DNA of 64,000 bases from the NCBI RefSeq assembly GCF_055900595.2, contig NZ_CM148325.1. The stretch is one strand, 5' to 3'. Every line of letters begins with the position of its first letter. The stretch's first letter is position 1. Position numbers and translations under genes: made by a program. Positions 1-11,982 of the stretch are shown piece after piece. The notes beneath the pieces were generated by a model. It ran no database searches, was not told where the DNA came from, and saw only the letters and a program-made list of their open reading frames with translations.

Positions 1-171
1 CGGTGCCATAGACTGGAAACTCACGCCAGCAGCACAATCCACCATTGGCGCATAGCCGTGGCAACCTTCTTCTTTCAGTACGGTTGGAACGATTTTAGCA
101 AACTGATCCAACACTGCCTGACGGTGATGTTGACCAGGACGAGTACGGATTTCTGCGATTACTGTAATCAT
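1..171 (-). CDS. ygiN: Quinol monooxygenase YgiN, N-terminal part (3' end lies outside the window)
   Basis: Minus-strand translation from ATG at 169-171 gives MITVIAEIRTRPGQHHRQAVLDQFAKIVPTVLKEEGCHGYAPMVDCAAGVSFQSMAP, recognised as YgiN; sits directly upstream of mdaB as in E. coli. Confidence 0.8.
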   Translation of the reverse strand, partial: MITVIAEIRTRPGQHHRQAVLDQFAKIVPTVLKEEGCHGYAPMVDCAAGVSFQSMAP

Positions 172-201
172 GGTTAACTCCTTCTAAAGCCAGAGCTCTA
201 G

Positions 202-783
202 TTAACCAAAAATTTCCACAAGATGCTTGCGATATTCTTCAGTATAGCGGGGAACATCAGGCATTTTTATCACGTCATTAGCGATAAATGTCGGCAGCGG
301 TTCCATACCAAGGAATTGGTTTGCTTTATGGAATGGTAGATACACACCGTCAACGCCAACCCCGTGGAAGAACTGATCTTTTTCGGTGAAAGCTTCCATT
401 GGTGCGTTCCAGGTCAGGGAAAGCATATATTTTTTACCTTGTACCAGACCGCCAGAACCGTATTTTTTCGACGGATCTTTGCGGGTACGACCATCGCTGG
501 CATACAGCGTACCGTGACCTTCGGTGAATACATCATCAATGTATTTTTTCACCGTCCACGGCGCGCCCATCCACCAGCCTGGCATCTGCCAGATCACCAC
601 ATCAGCCCAGAGAAAGTTTTGTACTTCCGCTTTGACATCGTAGTCGCTGTCGGCGCGAACGATGCGGACATCATGCCCGAGGTCGCGCAGCGTGCCATCC
701 GCGACTTCGGTCAGGGTGTCGTTCAGTTGACCATTGGAGTGGGCGAATTTTTTCGCGCCGTTGATAATCAGGATGTTGCTCAT
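202..783 (-). CDS. mdaB: NADPH:quinone oxidoreductase MdaB
   Basis: 193-aa ORF starting MSNILIINGAKKFAHSNGQLN, flavodoxin-like quinone reductase recognised as MdaB. Confidence 0.93.
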   Translation of the reverse strand: MSNILIINGAKKFAHSNGQLNDTLTEVADGTLRDLGHDVRIVRADSDYDVKAEVQNFLWADVVIWQMPGWWMGAPWTVKKYIDDVFTEGHGTLYASDGRTRKDPSKKYGSGGLVQGKKYMLSLTWNAPMEAFTEKDQFFHGVGVDGVYLPFHKANQFLGMEPLPTFIANDVIKMPDVPRYTEEYRKHLVEIFG

Positions 784-1099
784 TTTTTAACCTCAAGGTG
801 AGACGTTTGCCGACTATAGTACGTCACAGAGCGGTACGGTGAAATTAGCAAAATGTGCAAACTCTTTTGCGAATTTAGCAAAAGTCTGATCTTGCTCCGA
901 TTCACCGATGCAGGATAAATATTTTCTGAAAATGACAATACTGATAGCCATTCCTCATAATTCCTACTCGCACCGGATTAATTTACAGGTTTGGTTCGGT
1001 TTTTTGGGGATTAAAAATATGGCGTTGGATAAGTAAAAATGAAAATATCAACGCGTCACGTTGATAATTATAAATGGATTTTTATGAGCGTGCTAACAT

Positions 1100-1432
1100 A
1101 TGTTAAAGCATAAAATTCAAACAATATTTGAAGCTCTGTTATATATAATGCTTACTTATTGGTTAATAGATGCTTTTTTTGCATTCAATAAGTATGACTG
1201 GATGCTTGAGTCGGGAGACAATATTTGCAGTATACCTTCCGTTTCAGGCGAAGATCGTATATTGCAAACAATGATTGCAGCATTTTTTCTTCTGACGCCA
1301 CTTATTATTATTATCTTAAGAAAACTCTTTGTGCGAGAAATGTTTGAGTTTTGGTTATATGTAATCTCGCTCGTTATTTGTTTGGTTTGTGGTTGGTGGC
1401 TTTTTTGGGGACGGTTTATATTTTGCTATTAA
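1100..1432 (+). CDS. ygiZ: Small inner-membrane protein YgiZ
   Basis: 110-aa hydrophobic ORF in the expected position between mdaB and qseC; AT-rich, several predicted TM segments. Confidence 0.7.
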   Translation: MLKHKIQTIFEALLYIMLTYWLIDAFFAFNKYDWMLESGDNICSIPSVSGEDRILQTMIAAFFLLTPLIIIILRKLFVREMFEFWLYVISLVICLVCGWWLFWGRFIFCY

Positions 1433-1477
1433 TAAAATCTATGAGAGTCGTTTTAACGGCTCTCATAGACAGAGAAG

Positions 1478-2827
1478 TTACCAGCTTACTTTCGCCTCAA
1501 ATCCACCTTGTTCCGCATTCCCAAACTCAACATTCATGCCATGCAGCTTGGCGATTCGCTGGACAATTGAAAGCCCAAGTCCACTGCCGGTAGCGGTTTG
1601 TCCGGGTGGGCGATAGAAGCGTTCGCCAATTCTCGCCAGTGCCTCTGGTGTCACACCGGGGCCGTTATCCCTCACGATGAAATTATCGGCATTCAGCGTG
1701 ACGTCCACCACGCTACCTTGTGGACTGTAGCGCACGGCGTTATCCAGCAAATTTCGCACCAACAAACTTAGCAATAGCGGTTGTCCGGTGCGTTTGATGC
1801 CGTGGGCATTGAGTGTCAGTCGCACGTCAATTTTCGCCTGCTGCGCCGTGTGGTAAATATCCATCACCGACGATTGCAGGAGATCTTCAAGCGGGATCTC
1901 CGCGACGTCCTGAAGGTTATCCAGTGAGTCCAGCCGCGATAGCGTGAGCAGTTGATCAACCAGACGAGTAGCACGATCGATTCCGGAATGTAATTGAAGC
2001 AGCGCTTTTTTCCGCGCCTGCGGATCATCGTCAGAGAGCTGCGCAACTTCGGTTTGCACTTTCAGCGCCGTTAACGGGCTACGAAGTTCGTGAGCTGCGT
2101 CGGAGGTAAAGCGTCGTTCACGAACCATCATCGCATGTGTGCGGGCGAACAGTTGATTCAACGACTCAACCAGTGGACGCACTTCGCTGGGTACGCCCGT
2201 CGCGTTTAGTGGTTTTTCCGAGTCAGGGTCACGCATACGTAGTGCCAGCGCCAGTTTGTTCAGCGGCGCGAGTTCACGACCCAGTAGTACCATCATGATG
2301 ATTAACATAATCGGCAGTGCGACAAGCCACGGGATCAATTGCCCGGCAACAATTGCCAGCGCCATGTCTTCGCGGTATTCCCATTCCTGACCAACAACGA
2401 TGCGATATTTGCCATCAGGTGAGGTCATCCAGACAAAACGCCAGGGATCGTCTTCACCGACCAGTTGCCCGTCAGCAAAACCTTCCCGTTGATAGCTATA
2501 GGGAATATCTTCTCCGTTATCGCCATCGTTAAGGACCATTCTGCCGTCGTGGGTAAAGATGGCAAAGGTCAGCGCATCGTCATCAACATGACCGTGTTTT
2601 AATTTATTTGGCGTCTGTGCCATGCGATCCGCCGCGTTGATTTCGTTGAGATCGAGCGTACTTAACCGTTTGGCAAACAGCATCAGTTGGGTGTCGAACA
2701 ACTCATCGACGTTATCCGTTGTTTGTTTCCAGGCGACAAAGCTGGAAAGCAGCCAGGTCACCGAGGCCAGAATTAAAAAGATTAGCGTCAGCCTGACTCG
2801 CAGACTAAGACGTTGGGTAAATTTCAT
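1478..2827 (-). CDS. qseC: Quorum-sensing/adrenergic sensor histidine kinase QseC
   Basis: 449-aa ORF with two TM segments, H-box (AAHELRSPL) and ATPase G-boxes; overlaps qseB stop by 4 nt. Confidence 0.95.
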   Translation of the reverse strand: MKFTQRLSLRVRLTLIFLILASVTWLLSSFVAWKQTTDNVDELFDTQLMLFAKRLSTLDLNEINAADRMAQTPNKLKHGHVDDDALTFAIFTHDGRMVLNDGDNGEDIPYSYQREGFADGQLVGEDDPWRFVWMTSPDGKYRIVVGQEWEYREDMALAIVAGQLIPWLVALPIMLIIMMVLLGRELAPLNKLALALRMRDPDSEKPLNATGVPSEVRPLVESLNQLFARTHAMMVRERRFTSDAAHELRSPLTALKVQTEVAQLSDDDPQARKKALLQLHSGIDRATRLVDQLLTLSRLDSLDNLQDVAEIPLEDLLQSSVMDIYHTAQQAKIDVRLTLNAHGIKRTGQPLLLSLLVRNLLDNAVRYSPQGSVVDVTLNADNFIVRDNGPGVTPEALARIGERFYRPPGQTATGSGLGLSIVQRIAKLHGMNVEFGNAEQGGFEAKVSW

Positions 2828-3483
2828 TTCTCACCTAATGTGTAGCCAATACCATGCACGGTACGAATAAAATCACTACCGAGTTTGCGTCGCAGATGAT
2901 GCACATGCACTTCAACGGCATTACTGGTGACCTCTTCGTCCCAGGTATACAGTTTCTCTTCAATCAGTTTGCGCGGCAGTACTCGACCAGCGTTACGCAT
3001 CAGTAATTCCAGCAGGGCAAATTCTTTTGGTTTCAGCGTTAAGGGTTCGCCAGCCAGCGTGGCGATACGTTTGCCGGGGTCGAGCATGACGTTGCCGTGG
3101 CGCAGCTCGTTGCTGGCCTGGCCGTTGGTTCGGCGCATCAGAGCTTCCAGCCTGGCGGCGACTTCTATCAACGCAAAAGGTTTACACAGATAATCGTCAG
3201 CTCCCAGACGCAGCCCTTCTACACGTTCCGCCAGCGCATCGCGCGCAGTCAGGATTAATACCGGCTCACGCTGACCTTTTTCTCGCCATTCGCGCAAAAT
3301 ATCGCGACCATCCATGCCCGGTAAGGTTAAATCCAGGATCACCGCATCATAAGGTGCGCTATATAGCGCCTCTTTTCCCTGACGACCTTGTGTAAACCAG
3401 TCGACGCTAAAACCCATTTTACTAAGGCCCGTTTTGATGCCGTCGCCAATCAGCATGTCATCTTCTATCAGTAAAATTCGCAT
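2824..3483 (-). CDS. qseB: OmpR-family response regulator QseB
   Basis: 219-aa ORF starting [20 protein letters not shown] with receiver and winged-helix domains; coupled to qseC. Confidence 0.95.
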   Translation of the reverse strand: MRILLIEDDMLIGDGIKTGLSKMGFSVDWFTQGRQGKEALYSAPYDAVILDLTLPGMDGRDILREWREKGQREPVLILTARDALAERVEGLRLGADDYLCKPFALIEVAARLEALMRRTNGQASNELRHGNVMLDPGKRIATLAGEPLTLKPKEFALLELLMRNAGRVLPRKLIEEKLYTWDEEVTSNAVEVHVHHLRRKLGSDFIRTVHGIGYTLGEK

Positions 3484-3634
3484 TTTTTCATCCCTGCGAT
3501 AACCATATTTGCTGCCAGTAAACCGTGTTGTAACGCGCTCTGTACAGCACTAAATTTTATTTTTTTCCCTTAAGAAGTTGTTAAGGACTATCTTGTTAAA
3601 TGCTCGAAAACAGACATTAAAGGGAGTAATAAAC

Positions 3635-4027
3635 ATGAAAAAATTCGCAGCAGTAATCGCAGTAATGGCCCTGTGCAGTGCACCGGTGATGGCAGCAGAG
3701 CAGGGCGGTTTTTCTGGTCCATCGGCAACACAAAGTCAGGCCGGAGGATTCCAGGGGCCGAATGGCAGCGTAACGACCGTAGAAAGCGCAAAATCCCTGC
3801 GTGATGACACTTGGGTCACCCTGCGCGGCAATATCGTTGAACGTATCTCTGACGATCTCTACGTGTTCAAAGATGCCAGCGGTACTATCAATGTTGATAT
3901 CGACCACAAACGCTGGAACGGCGTGACGGTGACCCCGAAAGATACCGTTGAGATTCAGGGTGAAGTCGATAAAGACTGGAACTCTGTTGAAATTGACGTC
4001 AAACAGATCCGCAAAGTAAATCCGTAA
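3635..4027 (+). CDS. ygiW: Periplasmic OB-fold (BOF) stress protein YgiW/VisP
   Basis: ATG at 3635 with upstream AGGGAG; signal peptide MKKFAAVIAVMALCSAPVMA; 130 aa. Confidence 0.85.
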   Translation: MKKFAAVIAVMALCSAPVMAAEQGGFSGPSATQSQAGGFQGPNGSVTTVESAKSLRDDTWVTLRGNIVERISDDLYVFKDASGTINVDIDHKRWNGVTVTPKDTVEIQGEVDKDWNSVEIDVKQIRKVNP

Positions 4028-4079
4028 TTGTTAGCGCTCCCGGGACACGTTCCCGGGAATAATTTCGCAGGGAGGCAAA

Positions 4080-4562
4080 ATGAAAAACCTGACACTGGAT
4101 GTAAATATTATCGATTTCCCATCAATCCCTGTGGCGATGTTGCCACATCGCTGTAGCCCTGAATTGCTCAACTACAGCGTGGCGAAATTTATCATGTGGC
4201 GTAAAGAAACGGGGCTTTCTCCTGTTAACCAAAGCCAGACTTTTGGTGTCGCCTGGGATGACCCTGCCACCACCGTACCGGAAGCGTTTCGCTTTGATAT
4301 CTGCGGCAGCGTTAACGAACCGATTCCCGATAATCGTTATGGCGTGAGTAATGGTGAACTTACCGGTGGACGTTATGCCGTGGCCCGCCACGTTGGCGAG
4401 CTGGACGATATTTCACATACGGTATGGGGCATCATTCGCCACTGGCTGCCTGCAAGCGGCGAGAAAATGCGTAAAGCACCGATTCTGTTTCACTACACCA
4501 ATCTTGCCGAAGGGGTAACAGAGCAGCGACTGGAAACGGATGTTTATGTGCCGTTGGCGTGA
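4080..4562 (+). CDS. ygiV: GyrI-like small-molecule-binding protein YgiV
   Basis: 160-aa ORF in the expected position next to ygiW; GyrI-like effector-binding fold by sequence character. Confidence 0.8.
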   Translation: MKNLTLDVNIIDFPSIPVAMLPHRCSPELLNYSVAKFIMWRKETGLSPVNQSQTFGVAWDDPATTVPEAFRFDICGSVNEPIPDNRYGVSNGELTGGRYAVARHVGELDDISHTVWGIIRHWLPASGEKMRKAPILFHYTNLAEGVTEQRLETDVYVPLA

Positions 4563-4899
4563 TGAAGAATCTTTACCGGAGTGTGAGTCAAATCACTCGC
4601 TATCAGTTTAAGTTAACGATGCCACAGGCGTAATGTTGTCCGCTCAGACTCTGACGGCACAGGATTTTGTCCTTCCACACAGAAACCGCCATTGGCGGTT
4701 TTCCGCTGCATAATCCTCAGGATTATGTCTATAGCAAAGAGTTGTATATAAAGGCACATTGGTGCCTTTATCGCCGTCGGAGCACGTCCGGCGGCGCTAT
4801 TCACGCTGATCTCCTGTGACTCGACGCGGCAGATAATGTAGTATCTCCGGCAATATTGCCCCTTTGAAGGCTGGCGAATAAGTTGAGGAATCAGAATTA

Positions 4900-7158
4900 A
4901 TGAGCGATATGGCAGAGCGCCTTGCGCTACATGAATTTACGGAAAACGCCTACTTAAATTACTCCATGTACGTAATCATGGACCGTGCGTTGCCGTTTAT
5001 TGGTGATGGTCTGAAACCTGTTCAGCGCCGCATTGTGTATGCGATGTCTGAACTGGGACTAAATGCCAGCGCCAAATTTAAAAAATCGGCCCGTACCGTC
5101 GGTGACGTACTGGGTAAATACCATCCGCACGGTGATAGCGCCTGTTATGAAGCGATGGTCCTGATGGCACAGCCGTTCTCTTACCGTTATCCGCTGGTTG
5201 ATGGTCAGGGGAACTGGGGCGCGCCGGACGATCCGAAATCGTTCGCAGCAATGCGTTACACCGAATCCCGGTTGTCGAAATATTCCGAGCTGCTATTGAG
5301 CGAGCTGGGGCAGGGGACGGCTGACTGGGTGCCAAACTTCGACGGCACTTTGCAGGAGCCGAAAATGCTGCCTGCCCGTCTGCCAAACATTTTGCTTAAC
5401 GGCACCACCGGTATTGCCGTCGGTATGGCGACCGATATTCCACCGCATAACCTGCGTGAAGTGGCTCAGGCAGCAATCGCATTAATCGACCAGCCGAAAA
5501 CCACGCTCGACCAGCTGCTGGATATCGTGCAGGGGCCGGATTATCCGACTGAAGCGGAAATCATCACTTCGCGCGCCGAGATCCGTAAAATTTACGAGAA
5601 CGGACGTGGTTCAGTGCGTATGCGCGCGGTGTGGAAGAAAGAAGATGGCGCGGTGGTTATCAGCGCATTGCCGCATCAGGTTTCAGGTGCGCGTGTACTG
5701 GAGCAAATTGCTGCGCAAATGCGCAACAAAAAGCTGCCGATGGTTGACGATCTGCGCGATGAATCTGACCACGAGAATCCGACCCGTCTGGTGATTGTGC
5801 CGCGTTCCAACCGTGTGGATATGGATCAGGTGATGAACCACCTCTTCGCAACCACCGATCTGGAAAAGAGCTATCGTATTAACCTCAATATGATCGGTCT
5901 GGATGGGCGTCCGGCGGTGAAAAACCTGCTGGAAATCCTTTCCGAATGGCTGGTGTTCCGCCGTGATACCGTGCGCCGCCGTCTGAACTATCGTCTGGAG
6001 AAAGTCCTCAAGCGCCTGCATATTCTGGAAGGTTTGCTGGTGGCGTTTCTCAATATCGACGAAGTGATTGAGATCATTCGCAATGAAGATGAACCGAAAC
6101 CGGCGCTGATGTCGCGCTTTGGCCTCACGGAAACTCAGGCGGAAGCGATCCTCGAACTGAAACTGCGTCATCTCGCCAAACTGGAAGAGATGAAGATTCG
6201 CGGTGAGCAGAGTGAGCTGGAAAAAGAGCGCGACCAGTTGCAAGGCATTCTGGCGTCCGAGCGTAAAATGAATAACCTGCTGAAGAAAGAACTGCAGGCA
6301 GACGCGCAAGCCTATGGTGACGATCGTCGTTCGCCGTTGCAGGAACGCGAAGAAGCGAAAGCGATGAGCGAGCACGACATGTTGCCGTCTGAACCTGTCA
6401 CCATTGTGCTGTCGCAGATGGGCTGGGTACGCAGCGCTAAAGGCCATGACATCGACGCGCCGGGCCTGAATTATAAAGCGGGTGATAGTTTCAAAGCAGC
6501 GGTGAAAGGTAAGAGCAACCAACCGGTAGTGTTTGTTGACTCCACCGGTCGTAGCTATGCTATCGACCCGATTACGCTGCCGTCGGCACGTGGTCAGGGC
6601 GAGCCGCTCACCGGCAAATTGACGTTGCCGCCTGGGGCGACCGTTGACCATATGCTGATGGAAAGCGACGATCAGAAACTGTTGATGGCTTCCGATGCGG
6701 GTTACGGTTTCGTCTGCACCTTTAACGATCTGGTGGCGCGTAACCGTGCAGGTAAGGCCTTAATCACTTTACCGGAAAATGCCCATGTTATGCCGCCTGT
6801 GGTGATTGAGGACGCTTCTGATATGCTGCTGGCAATCACTCAGGCAGGCCGTATGTTGATGTTCCCGGTAAGCGATCTGCCGCAGCTGTCGAAGGGCAAA
6901 GGCAACAAGATTATCAACATTCCATCGGCAGAAGCCGCGCGTGGAGAAGATGGTCTGGCGCAACTGTACGTTCTGCCGCCGCAAAGCACGCTGACCATTC
7001 ATGTTGGGAAACGCAAAATTAAACTGCGTCCGGAAGAGCTACAGAAAGTCACTGGCGAACGTGGACGCCGCGGTACGTTGATGCGCGGTTTGCAGCGTAT
7101 CGATCGTGTCGAGATCGACTCTCCTCGCCGCGCCAGCAGCGGCGATAGCGAAGAGTAG
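4900..7158 (+). CDS. parC: DNA topoisomerase IV subunit A
   Basis: 752-aa ORF with GyrA/ParC N-terminal breakage-reunion domain (active-site region [10 protein letters not shown]) and C-terminal beta-pinwheel. Confidence 0.97.
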
Positions 7159-7391
7159 TATGCCGGGGAGGGTATTGCTTCCTCCCGCTTGCAAGGAACG
7201 CCGGATGAAACGTTAAGTCGTCATCCGGCAGCATATTCAACCCCCGGAAACGATAAAAATTCCCTTGAAACCGTTGTTTATTCATGCGTTGCGATTAACA
7301 ATACGCTTTTCCAGAGAGCGGCTTTTAACAATGCCCTAACCTGATTTCAGGTGACGTACAATGCCAGTCTCTCAGACCTTCAGAGGGTGTT

Positions 7392-8129
7392 ATGCTATAT
7401 ATCTTTCGTCTTATTATTACCGTGATTTACAGCATCTTAGTCTGTGTATTCGGCTCCATTTACTGCCTTTTCAGCCCGCGTAACCCGAAACATGTAGCCA
7501 CCTTTGGGCATATGTTTGGTCGTCTTGCGCCGCTGTTCGGCCTGAAAGTTGAGTGTCGCAAACCTGCAGATGCTGAAAGCTACGGCAATGCTATTTATAT
7601 TGCTAACCACCAGAACAACTATGACATGGTGACAGCATCGAACATTGTGCAACCGCCGACGGTGACGGTAGGTAAAAAGAGTTTGCTGTGGATCCCCTTC
7701 TTTGGTCAGTTGTACTGGCTAACCGGCAACTTATTGATCGACAGAAATAACCGCACTAAAGCTCACGGCACCATTGCAGAAGTAGTGAATCACTTCAAAA
7801 AACGCCGTATTTCCATCTGGATGTTCCCGGAAGGTACCCGCAGCCGTGGTCGCGGCCTGCTGCCGTTCAAGACCGGAGCATTTCACGCGGCAATTGCGGC
7901 GGGCGTCCCGATTATTCCCGTGTGCGTCTCTACAACTTCGAATAAGATTAATCTTAATCGGCTACACAACGGTCTGGTGATTGTCGAAATGCTGCCGCCA
8001 ATTGACGTCAGTCAGTATGGCAAAGATCAGGTTCGCGAGTTGGCTGCCCATTGTCGTTCGATAATGGAACAAAAAATCGCTGAGCTCGATAAAGAAGTCG
8101 CAGAACGCGAAGCCGCCGGAAGAGTTTAA
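7392..8129 (+). CDS. plsC: 1-acyl-sn-glycerol-3-phosphate acyltransferase
   Basis: 245-aa ORF with acyltransferase HX4D motif (ANHQNNYD) and FPEGTR motif. Confidence 0.95.
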   Translation: MLYIFRLIITVIYSILVCVFGSIYCLFSPRNPKHVATFGHMFGRLAPLFGLKVECRKPADAESYGNAIYIANHQNNYDMVTASNIVQPPTVTVGKKSLLWIPFFGQLYWLTGNLLIDRNNRTKAHGTIAEVVNHFKKRRISIWMFPEGTRSRGRGLLPFKTGAFHAAIAAGVPIIPVCVSTTSNKINLNRLHNGLVIVEMLPPIDVSQYGKDQVRELAAHCRSIMEQKIAELDKEVAEREAAGRV

Positions 8130-8202
8130 GTCGGCAATCTGTATTTTTGCGGGAACACTTTCCTGCACGGTATTACTTTAGCCAGTTTTACATGGAGCAA
8201 AT

Positions 8203-9615
8203 ATGTCACTCAGTCGGCGTCAGTTCATTCAGGCATCGGGGATTGCACTTTGTGCAGGCGCTGTTCCCCTGAAGGCCAGCGCAGCCGGGCAACAGCAACC
8301 GCTACCCGTTCCGCCGCTGCTTGAATCTCGCCGTGGGCAACCGCTGTTTATGACTGTACAACGTGCGCACTGGTCATTTACGCCAGGAACGCGCGCATCG
8401 GTCTGGGGAATCAATGGTCGTTACCTGGGGCCGACTATCCGCGTCTGGAAGGGCGATGATGTTAAGCTGATCTACAGTAACCGCCTGACAGAAAATGTCT
8501 CAATGACGGTGTCTGGTTTACAGGTGCCTGGCCCGCTGATGGGCGGTCCGGCACGGATGATGTCGCCAAACGCTGACTGGGCACCCGTATTACCCATTCG
8601 CCAGAACGCAGCGACATTGTGGTATCACGCTAATACCCCCAATCGCACGGCTCAGCAGGTCTATAATGGCCTTGCCGGAATGTGGCTGGTGGAAGATGAA
8701 GTCAGCAAGTCGCTGCCTATCCCCAACCATTATGGTGTGGATGATTTTCCGGTCATTATCCAGGATAAACGGCTGGATAATTTTGGTACGCCAGAATACA
8801 ACGAACCGGGAAGCGGCGGCTTTGTTGGAGATACGCTGCTGGTCAACGGTGTACAAAGCCCGTACGTTGAAGTCTCGCGTGGCTGGGTGCGCTTGCGTCT
8901 GTTGAACGCGTCGAACTCTCGTCGCTATCAACTACAGATGAGCGATGGTCGCCCGTTACATGTGATTTCTGGCGATCAGGGATTCTTGCCTGCTCCTGTA
9001 TCGGTGAAGCAACTTTCGCTGGCACCGGGCGAGCGCCGCGAGATTCTGGTGGATATGAGCAACGGTGATGAAGTGTCGATCACCTGTGGCGAAGCGGCGA
9101 GCATTGTTGATCGTATTCGTGGCTTCTTTGAGCCATCCAGCATTCTGGTTTCTACGCTGGTGCTCACGTTGCGCCCGACCGGGCTACTGCCGCTGGTTAC
9201 TGACAGCCTGCCGATGCGCCTGCTGCCAACTGAAATTATGGCCGGTTCGCCGATTCGCAGTCGCGATATCAGTCTGGGTGATGACCCGGGTATCAATGGG
9301 CAGCTGTGGGACGTCAACCGTATTGATGTCACCGCGCAGCAAGGAACGTGGGAACGCTGGACGGTACGCGCGGACGAGCCGCAAGCGTTCCATATTGAAG
9401 GCGTGATGTTCCAGATCCGTAACGTGAATGGCGCGATGCCGTTCCCGGAAGACAGAGGCTGGAAAGATACCGTTTGGGTTGACGGACAAGTGGAGCTGCT
9501 TGTTTATTTCGGTCAGCCTTCCTGGGCGCACTTCCCGTTCTACTTCAACAGTCAGACGCTGGAAATGGCGGACCGTGGCTCGATTGGGCAATTGTTGGTC
9601 AATCCGGTACCGTAA
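8203..9615 (+). CDS. ftsP: Cell-division protein FtsP (SufI), multicopper-oxidase fold, Tat-exported
   Basis: 470-aa ORF with twin-arginine signal SRRQFIQASGIALCAGA and cupredoxin-like domains. Confidence 0.95.
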   Translation: MSLSRRQFIQASGIALCAGAVPLKASAAGQQQPLPVPPLLESRRGQPLFMTVQRAHWSFTPGTRASVWGINGRYLGPTIRVWKGDDVKLIYSNRLTENVSMTVSGLQVPGPLMGGPARMMSPNADWAPVLPIRQNAATLWYHANTPNRTAQQVYNGLAGMWLVEDEVSKSLPIPNHYGVDDFPVIIQDKRLDNFGTPEYNEPGSGGFVGDTLLVNGVQSPYVEVSRGWVRLRLLNASNSRRYQLQMSDGRPLHVISGDQGFLPAPVSVKQLSLAPGERREILVDMSNGDEVSITCGEAASIVDRIRGFFEPSSILVSTLVLTLRPTGLLPLVTDSLPMRLLPTEIMAGSPIRSRDISLGDDPGINGQLWDVNRIDVTAQQGTWERWTVRADEPQAFHIEGVMFQIRNVNGAMPFPEDRGWKDTVWVDGQVELLVYFGQPSWAHFPFYFNSQTLEMADRGSIGQLLVNPVP

Positions 9616-9618
9616 TCG

Positions 9619-9656
9619 CCATACTCGCCCGAGAGGGCGAGTATGGAATACTTTTC
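9619..9656 (+). terminator. Rho-independent terminator after ftsP
   Basis: 12-bp perfect stem CCATACTCGCCC/GGGCGAGTATGG with GAGA loop followed by a T-rich tract. Confidence 0.55.
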
Positions 9657-9724
9657 GATTTCTCTTTCGTTCCGGCTTATAATCCCCGGCCTTTGATTAT
9701 TTTTTTATCATTTCTGGAAGCAAA

Positions 9725-11944
9725 ATGAGCTCTATCTCCCTGATCCAACCGGATCGCGACCTGTTCTCCTGGCCGCAGTACTGGGCCGCCTGTTTTGGAC
9801 CGGCACCGTTTTTGCCGATGTCTCGTGAAGAGATGGATCAACTTGGCTGGGATAGCTGCGACATCATTTTGGTTACTGGCGACGCGTATGTCGATCACCC
9901 CAGCTTTGGGATGGCGATTTGCGGTCGTATGCTTGAAGCGCAGGGCTTTCGTGTCGGGATCATCGCCCAGCCAGACTGGAGCAGCAAAGACGACTTTATG
10001 CGTCTGGGCAAACCGAATCTGTTTTTCGGCGTTACCGCAGGCAACATGGACTCGATGATCAACCGTTACACTGCCGATCGCCGTTTGCGTCATGACGATG
10101 CCTACACGCCAGATAACGTCGCGGGTAAGCGCCCGGATCGCGCCACCCTGGTTTATACCCAACGCTGTAAAGAGGCGTGGAAAGATGTGCCGGTGATCCT
10201 CGGCGGTATTGAGGCTAGTTTGCGTCGTACCGCGCATTATGATTACTGGTCTGATACCGTGCGCCGTTCCGTGCTGGTGGATTCCAAAGCCGACATGCTG
10301 ATGTTCGGTAACGGTGAGCGTCCGCTGGTGGAAGTGGCGCATCGTCTGGCGATGGGTGAGCCGATTAGTGAAATCCGCGATGTGCGTAATACCGCGATTA
10401 TCGTAAAAGAGGCGTTGCCAGGCTGGAGCGGTGTGGATTCCACCCGTCTTGATACTCCTGGGAAAATCGACCCGATCCCGCATCCGTATGGTGAAGATTT
10501 GCCGTGCGCGGATAACAAACCGGTGGCCCCGAAAAAGCAGGAAGCGAAAGCCGTAACCGTGCAGCCACCGCGCCCGAAACCGTGGGAAAAAACTTACGTA
10601 TTGCTGCCTTCTTTCGAGAAAGTGAAGGGCGATAAAGTGCTGTACGCTCATGCTTCGCGTATTCTGCACCATGAAACCAACCCAGGCTGCGCGCGTGCGC
10701 TGATGCAAAAACATGGCGACCGCTATGTATGGATCAACCCGCCTGCCATCCCGCTTTCTACCGAAGAGATGGACAGCGTCTTTGCGCTGCCGTACAAGCG
10801 CGTGCCGCATCCGGCTTACGGTAATGCCCGAATTCCGGCTTACGAAATGATCCGTTTCTCTGTCAACATTATGCGCGGCTGCTTTGGCGGCTGCTCTTTC
10901 TGCTCTATTACCGAGCATGAAGGTCGCATTATTCAGAGCCGTTCGGAAGATTCGATCATCAACGAGATTGAAGCGATCCGCGACACCGTGCCAGGCTTTA
11001 CGGGCGTGATTTCCGATCTCGGTGGGCCAACTGCCAACATGTATATGTTGCGCTGCAAATCGCCGCGCGCCGAGCAGACTTGCCGCCGTTTATCGTGCGT
11101 TTACCCGGATATTTGTCCTCATATGGACACTAACCACGAACCGACGATCAACCTCTATCGCCGCGCGCGTGATCTGAAAGGCATTAAAAAGATCCTCATC
11201 GCTTCCGGCGTGCGTTATGACATCGCCGTGGAAGATCCGCGCTATATCAAAGAGCTGGCGACCCATCACGTTGGCGGTTATCTGAAGATTGCCCCGGAAC
11301 ATACCGAAGAAGGGCCGTTGTCGAAGATGATGAAGCCGGGCATGGGCAGCTATGACCGCTTTAAAGAGCTGTTCGATACCTACTCGAAACAGGCAGGTAA
11401 AGAGCAATATCTGATCCCGTATTTCATCTCGGCACACCCCGGTACGCGTGATGAAGATATGGTGAATCTGGCGCTGTGGCTGAAAAAGCATCGCTTCCGT
11501 CTCGACCAGGTACAGAACTTCTACCCGTCGCCGTTGGCTAACTCCACCACCATGTATTACACCGGGAAAAACCCGCTGGCGAAGATCGGTTACAAGAGTG
11601 AAGACGTCTTCGTACCGAAGGGCGACAAACAGCGTCGTTTGCATAAAGCGTTGTTGCGTTACCACGATCCGGCAAACTGGCCGTTAATCCGTCAGGCGCT
11701 GGAAGCGATGGGTAAAAAGCATCTGATTGGCAGCCGTCGTGATTGCTTAGTGCCTGCGCCAACCATTGAAGAGATGCGCGAAGCCCGCCGTCAGAACCGC
11801 AATACCCGTCCGGCGTTGACTAAACATACGCCGATGGCGACCCAGCGTCAGACGCCTGCTACGGCAAAAAAAGCGTCGTCTACGCCATCTCGCCCGGTGA
11901 ATGCTGGTGCAAAGAAACGGCCTAAAGCGGCGGTTGGTCGTTAA
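9725..11944 (+). CDS. ygiQ: Radical SAM protein YgiQ (UPF0313)
   Basis: 739-aa ORF with radical-SAM cysteine cluster (CFGGCSFC) and basic Lys/Arg-rich C-terminal tail. Confidence 0.9.
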   Translation: MSSISLIQPDRDLFSWPQYWAACFGPAPFLPMSREEMDQLGWDSCDIILVTGDAYVDHPSFGMAICGRMLEAQGFRVGIIAQPDWSSKDDFMRLGKPNLFFGVTAGNMDSMINRYTADRRLRHDDAYTPDNVAGKRPDRATLVYTQRCKEAWKDVPVILGGIEASLRRTAHYDYWSDTVRRSVLVDSKADMLMFGNGERPLVEVAHRLAMGEPISEIRDVRNTAIIVKEALPGWSGVDSTRLDTPGKIDPIPHPYGEDLPCADNKPVAPKKQEAKAVTVQPPRPKPWEKTYVLLPSFEKVKGDKVLYAHASRILHHETNPGCARALMQKHGDRYVWINPPAIPLSTEEMDSVFALPYKRVPHPAYGNARIPAYEMIRFSVNIMRGCFGGCSFCSITEHEGRIIQSRSEDSIINEIEAIRDTVPGFTGVISDLGGPTANMYMLRCKSPRAEQTCRRLSCVYPDICPHMDTNHEPTINLYRRARDLKGIKKILIASGVRYDIAVEDPRYIKELATHHVGGYLKIAPEHTEEGPLSKMMKPGMGSYDRFKELFDTYSKQAGKEQYLIPYFISAHPGTRDEDMVNLALWLKKHRFRLDQVQNFYPSPLANSTTMYYTGKNPLAKIGYKSEDVFVPKGDKQRRLHKALLRYHDPANWPLIRQALEAMGKKHLIGSRRDCLVPAPTIEEMREARRQNRNTRPALTKHTPMATQRQTPATAKKASSTPSRPVNAGAKKRPKAAVGR

Positions 11945-11954
11945 GTGAAATGTG

Positions 11955-11978
11955 CCCGGCAGCAATGATACTGCCGGG
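11955..11978. terminator. Hairpin between convergent ygiQ and the Lpp-like gene (possible bidirectional terminator)
   Basis: 8-bp stem CCCGGCAG/CTGCCGGG with 8-nt loop; flanking T-run is weak on both strands. Confidence 0.35.
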
Positions 11979-11982
11979 AAAT

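Noticed and set aside
1351-1616. 80- and 75-aa plus-strand ORFs overlapping the ygiZ 3' end and qseC 3' end
   Set aside because: Out-of-frame overlaps with two well-supported genes; no ribosome-binding site.
4613-4804. 63-aa minus-strand ORF in the ygiV-parC spacer as a possible toxin or antitoxin remnant
   Set aside because: No resemblance to MqsR or MqsA by eye, no ribosome-binding site, and it covers the palindrome; more likely non-coding.
5683-6651. 322-aa minus-strand ORF inside parC
   Set aside because: Antisense to a strongly supported gene; Arg/His/Gln-rich composition typical of reverse-frame reading of E. coli coding DNA; no start context.
9677-10918. 413-aa minus-strand ORF inside ygiQ
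   Set aside because: Antisense shadow ORF of ygiQ with low-complexity basic composition; no independent support.
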